A stretch of 36,799 bases of DNA from Rotaria socialis. Its lineage: Eukaryota. The stretch spans positions 62,001-98,799 of the forward strand of contig CAJNYD010000585.1 of NCBI GenBank assembly GCA_905331295.1, written 5' to 3'. Position 1 is the stretch's first letter. Each line of letters starts with the position of its first letter. The notes beneath the pieces are model-generated. The model saw only the letters and a program-made list of their open reading frames with translations, was not told where the DNA came from and ran no database searches. The position numbers and the translations under genes were made by a program. Positions 13,290 to 25,207 of the stretch are shown piece by piece.

Positions 13290-15034
13290 GGCAGTGGTAG
13301 TGGTGTATTGTTGTGTTGATGTGATCGGAGTGTACGAGATTCGGTTTCTATTGATGAAGTTTGTTTTACATCGTGTTGAGATTCTACTCGTGCTCGTTTT
13401 ACAGATCCTAAATAGTATTTCAAAATAAAAATATTAAAATTTCTGTTCAAGAGAAGATTGAAAACTACGGAGTCATCTTGCGAAAGTTTTAAAACTTTAC
13501 TTATTAGAAGAGCGTCTTCCATTTAGCAAAATATGATTTCTACTGTATTAAAGTGGTTATAACGAAAGTCGATATGAAAGATTTCATAGATAATCTTTGA
13601 TTATCATCTAAGAAAGTTATATTCAGAAAAGATAGAAGAAGAAAAACTCCATAAATGAGATCGCTTAGACATATATTACAGAGAAAATTTTATGAGACAT
13701 GAGTTTTTGCATTTAATTCATTCTGTATGTCGATACCGGTGGACGTCTATTCATCATGAAATTTTGCCGAAGGAAATCATATTTAGTCTGGTAGAATAGA
13801 TTGTAATCAAGATTTTTACTCCGATCATTTGGATCAAACCGTTATTGAAAAACAAAAACCGAAAGACGATCGTAGCTCAAATAGATAAAAACTAACTTAT
13901 TTCATCAATTAATTGTTCCGCAGTTCGACCACATTTTGTTCTCATTTGATCATTGAGACAAATAATTTCCGGTGCATTTGATCTTCGTGCTGACAGATGC
14001 TGTCTAGCTGATTGCTTACGAAAACCACCATTATCATTACTATTTTGTGTTGTATAATAATTATTCATTTGTTCGATTAATGTTGAACCACGATAAATCC
14101 AAAAACGTTGTCTAGTATTACTTAATTCAATTAACATCATTGAACAATCGATTTGTATGACCATAGCTTGTAAAAATACATTCCTAGTGATAAATAACGG
14201 ATTTCGTATTTTAACAATTGTGCCTTCTTTAGCACGTAGCATCATACGTTCCGGATAGGACTTGAAATAGCTATTAAGAAAATCATTTTCATATTCAAAT
14301 TTTTGATCTAAACATATATGAATATCCGATGATGAATGATAACTAGCTGATATGTTTGCTGTATCATCCGTGAAAAATATTAAACAACGGTATTGATTAT
14401 TTTTTCCTGGTTCCTCACCAATTAATCCGAAGCGATGCCTTTTCGTTTGACCATCAATAATAAGTACACGTAATTTCAATGGTAAAATAATGTTCTTTTC
14501 ACATGATTGAGCAAAATAAAGATATTTCGTTGGAATATCATAAGTTTTGTTCGTTTTTTCTTCAAGAATATTTATTACATTTGTATGAATTAAATCAGCA
14601 ACAAATTTATTAACTATGCCTTTTGTTGGTAATTGTAAATTGTGATCATTTTTAATAATAACTTCTGTACGTATATAAACCATATGTACTGGTTTATAAT
14701 TAATATAAATCGGTTGTGCTGGTGTCGAACTTATATGTATAATTGAATCATCAACGATATTCGGACTATTTTCAAATAATAAAAACAATTTTTGTATTAT
14801 TTCATTATTTTTCTTTAATTGTTTAGATATTTCATCGATCTTAAATTGATTTAATTGTTCTAATTCATAGATAATAGCATGAAAATAATGAACAGAAAAA
14901 CCATTTTGGAAATTTTCTTTGAGATAGTTAATGAAAGAGTCGAAAATTGATTTTGAACTTGATTCGGATTTGATTTTATTAGTTAAATTGTGATCAGCGA
15001 AAAATATATCATCTACTTCTAAATAACGTTTCAT
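10923..15034 (-). CDS. SETDB1: Histone H3K9 methyltransferase SETDB1/eggless (Tudor domains, MBD, pre-SET, bifurcated SET, post-SET)
   Basis: Tudor region ([37 protein letters not shown]). MBD (NPFLKP...[21 protein letters not shown]). Pre-SET ([37 protein letters not shown]). SET-N ([32 protein letters not shown]), then an acidic insert, SET-C ([27 protein letters not shown]) and post-SET ([13 protein letters not shown]). Stop TAG at 10925-10923. Exons include 15034-13897, 13407-13190, 13127-12860 and one starting at 12810. An additional upstream exon cannot be excluded. Confidence 0.95.
13255..13290. repeat. (GTT)n trinucleotide repeat encoding poly-Thr in SETDB1
   Basis: About 11 GTT units; the minus strand reads a [17 protein letters not shown] tract in exon 2. 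Confidence 0.9.
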
Positions 15035-16681
15035 ACATAATTTACTGAATGTTTCTAACCATTTGGAATCTAGTTTTTGTCGATTTATTGAAGAAAATAA
15101 TAAACGATAGTCGTCGTCATTTAATAAGTCGAGTAAACGAAGTAAAATCGGTTCAATGGCGGATGAATTACGGAGTTTTCCTAAATAAGAAAATTTTATT
15201 GAGTTTTAGAAAACTAGTTCATGTTAGAAATAGATGAAGGTTTTATCCTTATTGGAAACCGAGATCTTTGAAATTTTTGGATAGATAATTAAACAGTAAG
15301 TATTTTTCTTTTTCTTTCTTCGATAGAATATAATTTCGGAATCGTTTTCTACAGGCCGGGTCGAAACTGAGAGTGTTAGAACTATGAGCTTTTTAAAACA
15401 GTGAATAGGTGACGGGAATTAGGTAAGAAATTGAAATTTTAAGCTTTACAATAGAAATATTTATTCTTTCGAATTCCCTCAAGGAAACATTTTTCTAAAA
15501 TTTCCCCAACGTCCATTAATGCAAACAAATCGATTCCGTATCTCTACGAGACCGACGTCGAGAAAATGCAATCACTTAAATTGCGCAACCTAGAAACTTA
15601 AATATGCATATCGAAATGTTTTGTTTTAAATTATAAAAACTGAATAAATATTCAGTTGGGTAAGATTTTTTGATCTCTGTAGACGACATAAAACATATGT
15701 CGTATTCTTTATTAGCAATGAATTATTCGTCAAAAACAAGAAATCTTAGATTGAGTTTTAATTTCCGGAGCATAATCAAGTCTTCTATTTTTTTTTGAAT
15801 TGACAGCTTGATGTCCCTTGCTAACAAGTTAATGCAAACCTCTTGACTATTGTCACGTATTATTTGAATATGAACTTCCATAAATGATGCCATCTTAGGT
15901 CAAATAGTATTCGTTTCTATTCAGATCGAGCAGATCATTTCATTTTGATAGACAAATCCCTCAATAGGACATTGAAAATTTATTATCGTAACCTTGATTT
16001 CGGAAAGTTTGTTTTTCTAACTACGTCTTTACTTACGTAAATATTGTTGTTCATCATCGAATGGCTTTAAGACACTCTCAATATCCATTCTAAATCAAAT
16101 AAAAAAAAAACAACATCAATCTATCAATACTGTGACATTCTCCATCGTCTTATTTTTCCCATTGGCCTTACCGTAACGAACTAAATCTTTGTCCTTCATT
16201 TGGCATCTTGTTTCTCCAAAAGATCTAAAAATTGTTTGATTACCAAAATGGTCACAAGACAATTACGAAAAAACTCTTTTCCTTTTTAGTTGTGGTTTTC
16301 TTTTTAATATGATCATCTCGTTTGTCAACGCAAAAAAGTGTCAAACGAGCACAAAACAAAGAATGATAAATAATTGTTTTCTTTAAACAGACGACAAAAA
16401 CAATTACACATACGTCTAAGAAACAAGTAATGAAAAAAAAACAAAAAACAAGCGCTTAATAGACATTCGTCATTGCTCAATAGTGAACGCAGCAGATATA
16501 ATTTAAAAGAAAATTGCGCGATGAATAAACAAAAGCTGTTTTTAAATTTGTTTACACGAATATTTTACATAGATATCTTTCAAGGAAATGGAGAAAAAAA
16601 AAGAACTTTTGGTTGAGATTTTCAAACGAAAACTGTTCAAACTGTTTAATATATTAAAAAATAAAATAATAACATTCATCT

Positions 16682-19600
16682 CTATGTATCAGATATTGGA
16701 CTATAGAGAGGAGTATATTCATCATCAGGTAACTCAGTAGGATAATAGTGTTTCAGTCGAACATGCCACGCTATTGATGTTACTGCTGATAATGTACGAA
16801 ATTGATGAACGACATTTCGTGGAATAAAATAAATATCCTAATACGAAGAAAAAAATAATAATATTACTGAAATAGAAAATATAAACTAATTTTAGTCAAT
16901 TACATTATCATATAATGGTAAACGAACATAACGAATGCCATCACGTCGTAGTTGATTTAATTTACCTTCATCACACCATTGTAGGCACTAAGATAAAAGG
17001 CAGAATAAGTTATCAGTGAATTGCACACTTTAAATATCACACTCAATCAGTGAATGACGTCAAAGTAAATGATTCTGACAGAAAATTGACTAAATGAATC
17101 ATATTTTAGTTCAGATAGTAGAAGAATGGAAACGACTTATTTGCTTCTGTACGAAATCGATGAACATTCTAGCATAAATGTAAGACTGGCTACAACACTA
17201 TCTATGATTTATACATGTCACTGATTGCATATAAATTAGTTGCGTCTACCGAATTGATGATTAAAACTAGCGGGTCATTGATATGTTATAGAAAAATTTG
17301 CATAATGAATTAAATTCCAGTGAACTTGGTGATTCTAATTTGAGTCAAGAGTATGAATCACAATTTGATCATAAGCATGCGATACTTCAATTTTAAAAAA
17401 GTCAAGGTCAATGTGTTAGAGTAGCTAAACCCATAAATGGAAATCAAATATTTATCTTACTTGTGATGCTGGCGGCTCATATAAATCAATTTTTAATTTT
17501 TCCACAACTTTTTCAAAATCTTCCGCATGGAAACATACTACATCTTTCACCATACGATTAACTGTCGCTCTTTAAAAAAAAAACATTTCAAAAGTCAATT
17601 TTTTAGAATTTAAAAAACGCGACTAACGGTGTTCCGCAATGTACAGCTTTTAGAATGCCAACGGCAGCTGTTGTTTCAACTCCATCTCCATCACAATGGT
17701 CACTGTGTGGCTTGGTTCGATCTTCAACTAATACTTCTCGTGGATCTGTTCCGCGTCCAGTGAATGTTAAATTTCTTAATTCGTTCGTCATTCGTTTTTT
17801 TGGATGACAAATTTTATGTTCAGCTGTGGGAACATATTGTTCACCTGGTCGAACCCACAGTATAGGTCCATCATTAGATTCCGTTCTAGATTTCATTTTA
17901 ACTGACGACAATGGTCCCCATGGCATAACATATTGTAAAAATGGATTTTCTTCTAATTTATCAATAAAAGTCGGAAAGTAATCACCTAAATTATTACAAA
18001 AGACAATAAATAACATGGATCTGACTGCGGCGCCACATGAGGCAAACTCATTCGGTATTCTAATAAAAGCCCTAAACGAATTTTGGTTCTCTTTAGAGTT
18101 TTACAAATGTAAAAATAACTTTTCCAAAAATTCTACGGCCCTGTAGCTAACATCTCTATTAAAAACTCAATAACTAATTAAATCTCAATAGACACTGACA
18201 TCCCTTTAGCAATTTTATTATAACCACTCAAAGAGTGTCCCTGACACCGCTATAAATATGTCTTCTTACCACATTCTTCTCTACCAGTTACTTTTCCAAC
18301 TAAGGATATACTCATTAATGGTCCATAACGAAATGTTCCATTCGAATATGATTGTACAATGCGATTTCGATATTCTCCCATGTTGGTAGTTAAAACTTCT
18401 TTTGAATTAATTATATTTGACGTTTTAACGATCATTTTCGGATATGACAGACTAAAGTAATCGACTAAATCAGGCAAATATCGTGCACCATCATGTAAAA
18501 CACCGATCGAATATTTTGCGCGTTGATTAATTTCTCCGTAGACAAGATTAAAAAAATAATTAACAAACAAAGCTGCATTTTCATTTGATAAACGTAAAAA
18601 TTCATTATAATATGTACGAATCAAACTCGCACCGCCATTCGGATGTTCTTCAGTATGAACAAGACTTTGAAATAATTGTAGACGATCATTATTACTATTT
18701 GTTATAGAAAAATCCATGTAAGGAGATGAAATTTTTTGTTGTTGATCATATAAAACAGCTGGTGAAGATATTGGGGACGATGGCGATGATAATGGTGAAC
18801 ATCGATCAGATATTCCGTCATATTGTGTATGAGTAGATTTCACAGTACATAAATAAACTTGAGAATCATTAGGACAATTAAGATCTGTTGTTTGAGTTTC
18901 TTGTTCTTCTTTACGAATCGTCTGAGTACTATTTTCGCATAGTGGCTGATCAATGAAATCTGTATAAGTCGATTTATCTGATTTGATTAAACAATTGGTT
19001 TGTACAGATTGATGAAAAACTTCAATAATATCATCGGATGTTTGACATTCATTGGTTTGATATTGTTTGGAAGAAGACAATGGCGAATGAAAATATTTAT
19101 ATTCGCCTGGTAGTAGATCATCGACCGTTGTTGTTGAACGATCCGATGTTTGTGTTGTGATTAATTCAGTGCTTAAATTACGTTTGATTGTTGCTGAACG
19201 TTTATCGACTGGTGAGTCATGTTGCAAGGAATTTGATGGTGAATAATTATCATTGATAGGATTATGTTTCTGTTTTAAACGAGATGATGAACGAGTCTGT
19301 ACAGGTGGATTTGTAGATTCTTTAAAAGAGAGAAAAAAATATATATATCGTAGACGAAATGATCACTTGTATGATAAATATATATATATTGGATAAGACG
19401 AAGACGGTCTTCAAATGAACATATTTAGTGGCGAGTAAATGATTCTTTCTTTTGTTTTCGTTGAATGTCACAGGGTTACGGCCTATGTATTCTGACTAAC
19501 TGCAGACAATGTGTCCTTGTTAATGTCTTATTTAGATCCCTCGAATGATTCATTATTATCAAACAAGAAACGAGAATTTCTGCAAACTACATCTATGTGA

Positions 19601-20585
19601 CATTTCCTGCTGTCCTCTGATTTAGGGCCTCGCGCAGCGGATAAGCAACAGAAACATGACTTGTGAATATCTTATCTCGCAAAGGATGTCCTCTAACGGA
19701 TAGCATCTGTTCAGATAATTAATTAAATAAAGATTTTTTCCCTCCTTGAATTCACAACAATGCACGCTAATATCATTAACTCGTACTTGTATTATTCGTT
19801 TGTTGTTTAACTGTTTTTGTTGTTAGTTTAGTCCGTTTTTTTTCTGGTTGTTCATTTCCTGATTTTCGTTTATTTCCATTTGCTTTCGGTGCTTGTTTTT
19901 TTAATGTATTTTCATCATATATATTTATATGATGATTTGCAACAATTTTTGGAAGATTAAATATTGTTGAAGATGTATGATATTGATCAGTTTCAACTAA
20001 TGACGAACGTCTTGTCGATATAAGACGACGTGTAAATTTATTATTCATAGCTTCAGTTGAATTGAAAAATTGTCTTGAAATTATTCGTGTTGACGATTGC
20101 TGATCGTTGGATTCATTTGGTTGTAGTTGTTGTTGTTGTTGTAATAGGAGATTTGTTGTCGGATGTATTAATACTGTATCATTTGATGATGGCGAACAAA
20201 CACGTCGAATGTGTAATTTGATTGATGTATGTTCATTGGGCACATCAATCGAATGTATTGTTGTTGACGATGTCGAACAATTCGAGGTCAAAATATTGTA
20301 TGAAGATGTTGGAGTTTGTTGATTATTTGTTTTACATTTTATTATTTTTGTTTTAACAGATTGTTGTGCATCATCATCATCATTATCGTTCATAGTAATA
20401 TCGTTAATATTATTCGACATTGAAATTGAATTATTTTTATTATTATTTAAATCGTTAATATGATCATTATTTAAAGGAGATGTCTAAATAGATAAGTTAA
20501 AATCAGAAGAAGAAAGAAAAACAATTACACGATAAAAGACCTTTGTTTCATCGGCTAGTGGAAGTACTTTGCTTATATCAGTCAT
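16682..20585 (-). CDS. RSBN1: RSBN1/RSBN1L-like protein (KDM9-type putative lysine demethylase) with a long low-complexity N-terminus
   Basis: Exons 20585-20541, 20483-~19781, 19319-18270, 17985-17628, 17569-17461, 16987-16904, 16837-16682. Family motifs: [86 protein letters not shown]. Confidence 0.92.
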
Positions 20586-21507
20586 TAGTTCATTTGTATC
20601 TGAATATTTTCAATTTTTAATATCGGATTTCATTTTTTTTTGTCCTGATTTGTTTTAATAAGTTTTGTTTTTCTATTCGATAACGATGCGCTTTAATTGA
20701 AAAAAAGTACATACATAATAGTCTTGATCGGAGAGAAGGGAAACAGAAGAGAGAGAGAGAGAAGAGTCTTTTTTATAAACAATTATTGGTATTCTAGATA
20801 ACAACCAATTGACAAATGAGTACCATGATGAATCACAATGAAGCTCTAGAGATGGGTGTGTTTGATAAAAAAAATCTAACCATAGAATTTTAATTTGTTG
20901 AAGAACATAAATTTCATATAAATTTTTTACGGCATAGAAAGTATTTTATTTAGATAGATGTCGCTCGAATACAAACAGCAATGATCGAAAGCATATAAAA
21001 ATGTAATTAATGTTATCACGACAGTGAGTTTTTTGTGATTGATTAGGTACTTGAAGAAAAAAATGAATGATTAGAATTGTCGTCGTTTTTATTTTGTATG
21101 TAGAATAACGAGACGAAGATATTTCTTCTTTTTAACCTTTCTGTTTTTCTTGTTCTTCCCGAGTTAGTTCTCTGTACAATAACTATACAGATGGTTATAA
21201 ACAAAGAATAGTAAGAAAAAGAAAATCATATGCGAGTAGCTTTTATCGTCCTCTTCTATAGCATGATGCATACGCATTTACAAAGCACACGTAGACTTTT
21301 CTATTAGTAATTCTTATAGCTTCTCGCGCACCTGCTCCTCATGAAATATGCCAAAAACAGAACGGAAAAAATTTGCAAATGTCAATGACGTCTTCGATGT
21401 TTTGCTTTATTTCAATCATTTTACAAGGACGAATAAAAAATAAAATTCAATCTATCTTTTTCTCTTTCTTTTTCTTTCCTCTCTTATTTTCTATTCTTAA
21501 TGCTACA

Positions 21508-23695
21508 ATGATACTGATTACATGTGTCTTGTTATTGCTAACAGCTATTGTTCAACAAACCATTGCCGATACATGGACTGTAACACCAACAAATTGTCTG
21601 TGGCATAAATATACGTCTAATAATCGTTTACCCAATAGAATAGATTTACGTGACATTCGAAATCAAATTTTTAAGTATGTTTTATTTTTATTTTCCTATC
21701 AGTCATAAATCTATCCATTGATAGTTTTTCATTAAATGAATCAATTTATTACTTCAATCCGTGCAAAACATTTAATTTTCCGATTGGGCAAGATCCATAT
21801 GCAGCTGCTGGTGAACAATGTCATAATGTTCTAGGTTGTAAGCTTGTAAAAAAAAATAATAATCATTATGAATACTATACAGCTGCTATTAAATTAAATT
21901 CAACTCCAATATCAAAAGCAGCAGCATTAACTATTCGATATTATGGAATAAAGTACTAGAAATAAAAGAAAAAAAATTACAAATTCTATTTTTCATTGAA
22001 GAAAACAATTTCCATTTCAGGTCATATGCAAATAAAACGATGTATCTTAAATGTGAATGTAATGAACTTATACATCGTGCAGAATTTAAATTTCTTAAAT
22101 ATCAATATCATCACTCACCGGTAGGATTTTATTTACACGTTTCATGTATTAAATAAAATCAGTAGTGATATTAAACGCAGGTTTTCTCCTTGACTCATCG
22201 TTGTTGTTGTCCAAATGTTTGCGGAGGTTTCTATTATGATTTTTACAAATAATTTTAATATCTCTATTTTTCTTTTCTTAAATCAATAGGCAATACATTT
22301 CCTAAAGCGTTGTTACTTATTCTTCTGTTGGTAATTCTATTTATTATTGGTACAGCCGTATGGATCTTTTTTCAATGTCGTCGACATTATCCAGAACGAA
22401 ATGCATATGGTGCAATAGCTTCGAGTAAATAATATGATTTATTTTCCATTGATATATTCAGTATTTAATGTTTCCTTTAAATTAATAGCGGATATCAATA
22501 TTCATACATTACAACCGTCAGAAGCGATTAAACCTGCTGTAATTGAAACCAATTCTCGAAACGGAAGTAGGAAACGTACCCGTAGTAAATCAATAGCTCC
22601 GGTACTTGAAAATATCGGAATTTCGTCAGCAGATTTTAAAATAATCAAACGGTAAAAATCAGTACAATATAGAGATAAATTTAAAAACACAAAATAAGAA
22701 ACGCTTTCATTTCATTGTTTAGATTGGGTGTTGGCGAGTTAGGGGGTGAAGTTAGTGAAGGACGATGGAATGATAAATTAATTGCTGTTAAAACCTTGCG
22801 TATCGGTGTTCATCCAGAAAAATTTTCTGCTACTGATAAAGCATATCTTGAAAATGAAATTCAATTATTAAGTCGACTACGTCATAAAAATTTAACTGCA
22901 GTCATTGGTATTTGTTTTGATATTGATGTTTATCCTCGAATAATTTTATCATTTTCTGATCATGGTACAATTATTGATTTTATTCAATCGAATCCAACAA
23001 AAGTCGATTGGTCATTAAGATTATTATGGTGTTTGAATACATCCGATGCAATGGAATATTTACATCAATCGAACGTACTTCATAGAAATTTAAAATCATC
23101 AAATATTCTCATTGGAGTTGATCTACGTGCACATATTTGTGATTATGGTCTTATTTCACTTCTTCAACCACTTCGACAAGCATGTGATAGCGAACGATGT
23201 CTTTGCAAATTAAGTCATCCAGCCCTACCTGTTTCTATACGTTGGTCAGCTCCAGAAATTTTATCGAATCCATCGGATAGTTCAAGATTTAAGTTTTCAT
23301 GTGATGTCTATTCGTTTGGTGTTAGTCTTTGGGAACAGATACGTTTAGAACAACCCTATGCTGAAATTAAAGATGAAGCTGAAGTAGCTCGAATGATTGT
23401 TGATGGCCATCGTTTAGCACCATTAGAAGAAACAGCAAATTTTGTTATGCCTGAATATACTCAACTAATGAATGATTGTTGGGCAGAAGAGCCCAATAAT
23501 CGGCCAACATTCGAACGTATTGGACAAGTTCTACGAGAAATATTACCAAAAGCAAAACAATTTCGAAAATCGTCGATGAAAAGATTATCGTCAATGACAA
23601 ATTCAAATGATCAACAGGATGTGAATAGATCTTTGTCAAGACTTGATTCTAGAATCTCTGTGGATACATTCAAAGTATCATATCCAAATGTGTAA
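21508..23695 (+). CDS. Single-pass receptor: signal peptide, MRH/ATG27-like Cys-containing ectodomain, TM helix, and TKL-type (pseudo)kinase domain
   Basis: Seven exons splice in frame with GT-AG boundaries: 21508-21674, 21725-21952, 22021-22120, 22181-22226, 22290-22424, 22489-22651, 22723-23695. Signal peptide MILITCVLLLLTAIVQQTIA. Ectodomain motifs IDLR, YYFNPC, LTIRY, LKCEC, FSLTHRCCCP. TM ALLLILLLVILFIIGTAVWIFF. Kinase motifs IAVK, E(alphaC), HRNLKSSN, DYG, WSAPE, DVYSFG, CW..EP..RPTF. Confidence 0.88.
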
Positions 23696-24382
23696 AACGT
23701 AAAGACCTGTGAAAATTTTAGTATTTTTTTTTTTTTGATAAAATATGTGAATTCTATACCTGTTACTTCAGCTGATAAAAACAAAAGTTCTCTTTTTCAT
23801 TCTAGTCATTAGTTGAAAAAATACAAAATGGGAAAGATATATCCTATCGATTATCAAGTCTTGTCTATGACCTTGAACACTAGTTATTGTGTAGTCCTGA
23901 TTGCCACAATTTCAAGCCCTTTTACATGAGGAAAAAAACATTAGATGCACTCGGGTTACTTTCCTCTACTCTTAATCATTTCCAGCCAATAGATTCATAC
24001 TCATCTTCTCACATAAACTATAAAAACAAACATAATGATAACGACATTTTTAATGGTAAATTAAAACGACAATTAACTGAAAAATCTTAGGCATTTTGTT
24101 TGATAAATTAAGGTATTTAATCGAATATGACCTACGTCTATTGTATCGCAAGAGTGATTTCGCCAATTTTGTTAGTGCTTTTAAAATAATTGGTAGTATT
24201 GTTACTGACTTTTTTCTAGTTGAATGGCTTGAAGAAAAAGTAAATATTTGCCAACAATAATTTAAATAGGTTCAAATATTAATGATGTTCGAAGCACATT
24301 ACTAATTTAAAAAATATAAATGGTATTCAGTAGACTCTAAATTTCGATTAAGAAAAGAAAGCAACACTATAAATTTCTATAA

Positions 24383-24706
24383 TTATTCATTTCTACAAAT
24401 AAATTCCACAGCTTTTATTGTCCGTTCTTGTAAAATATCCGGTTCCTCTAAATCATGATCGTTCGTATTTACAATTAATGTATGTTTCAATGGACGTTTA
24501 ATACTTTCAATAGGAACAACAAAATCTTGATTACCATGTATATGAAGAATGTGATTTTCGTAATCATTTAATTTAAATGAAAAGTCTTCTTGTGAGCATA
24601 AACGTGCTCGATACGATTTACAAACGTCGATTGGTTTGCTATTTAAAATTCTTGAAATTTTTTTCTGAATTCTTCCCATGTTAAACATCCACATGTTTGT
24701 TGCATA
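24383..24706 (-). pseudogene. C-terminal fragment of an alpha/beta-hydrolase-like gene, interrupted by a MITE
   Basis: ILHIHGNQDFVVP (acid-residue motif) and NDHDL (His motif) in the expected order and spacing. No nucleophile motif or intact upstream frame found. The first ~10 codons of the ORF track come from the MITE TIR. Confidence 0.45.
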
Positions 24707-25207
24707 TGTTGGAGGGGAAATTAAAATCCAGAGCAATTTAAAATTCCCCTAGGGGAAATTAAAATTTCAATCTCACCTAGGGCAAATTAAAATTTTCTGT
24801 ATTTTTTATATAATTTTCGATTTTTCTGAAATAGGTAAAAATGTACTGTTTGTGTGATGGTGTGGGTGGATGTGGGTCTATATGTGGGCGTGGGTGTGGG
24901 CGTGGGTGTGAGTGGGAGTGTGGAAGGATGTGAGCCCGTACTAATCAAGCCCTCACCCTCACCCTCACCCGCACTTATATTGTTCATTCAAACTGACTTT
25001 GTACAGCTACACCCACAGAGATGATGGACATTCGCACAAACATTCCTGTCTAGACCTCAAGATAAATATTCATTTTTACCTATTTCAGAAAAATCGAAAA
25101 TTATATAAAAAATACAGAAAATTTTAATTTGCCCTAGGTGAGATTAAAATTTTAATTTCCCCTAGGGGAAATTTAAATTGCCCTGAATTTTAATTTCCCC
25201 TCCAACA
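24707..25207. mobile_element. 501-bp MITE/foldback element with 137-bp TIRs and TA target-site duplication
   Basis: 24707-24843 and 25071-25207 are inverted repeats with 4 mismatches in 137 bp. Termini TGTTGGAGGGG...CCCCTCCAACA, with TA on both sides (24705-6, 25208-9). The TIRs contain ~30-bp periodic GGGGAAATTAAAAT subrepeats and the palindrome TTCCCCTAGGGGAA. Confidence 0.92.
24861..24973. repeat. Telomere-like hexamer tracts (YGTGGG)n followed by (CCCTCA)n inside the MITE
   Basis: TGTGGG CGTGGG TGTGGG CGTGGG at 24883-24906 plus degenerate copies; CCCTCA x3 + CCCGCA at 24950-24973. Confidence 0.8.

Noticed and set aside
13228..13428. Poly-Leu hydrophobic ORF on the plus strand
   Set aside because: It is the antisense shadow of the SETDB1 poly-Thr (GTT)n repeat.
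16116..16226. Short open minus-strand frame after an AG acceptor downstream of RSBN1 (possible alternative last exon)
   Set aside because: Only ~36 codons with no homology cue, and RSBN1 already ends in a complete conserved exon.
20107..20322. Cys-rich ORF on the plus strand
   Set aside because: It is the antisense shadow of the RSBN1 poly-Gln region.
24787..24987. PT-repeat ORF on the minus strand
   Set aside because: It is a translation of the telomere-like hexamers within the MITE.
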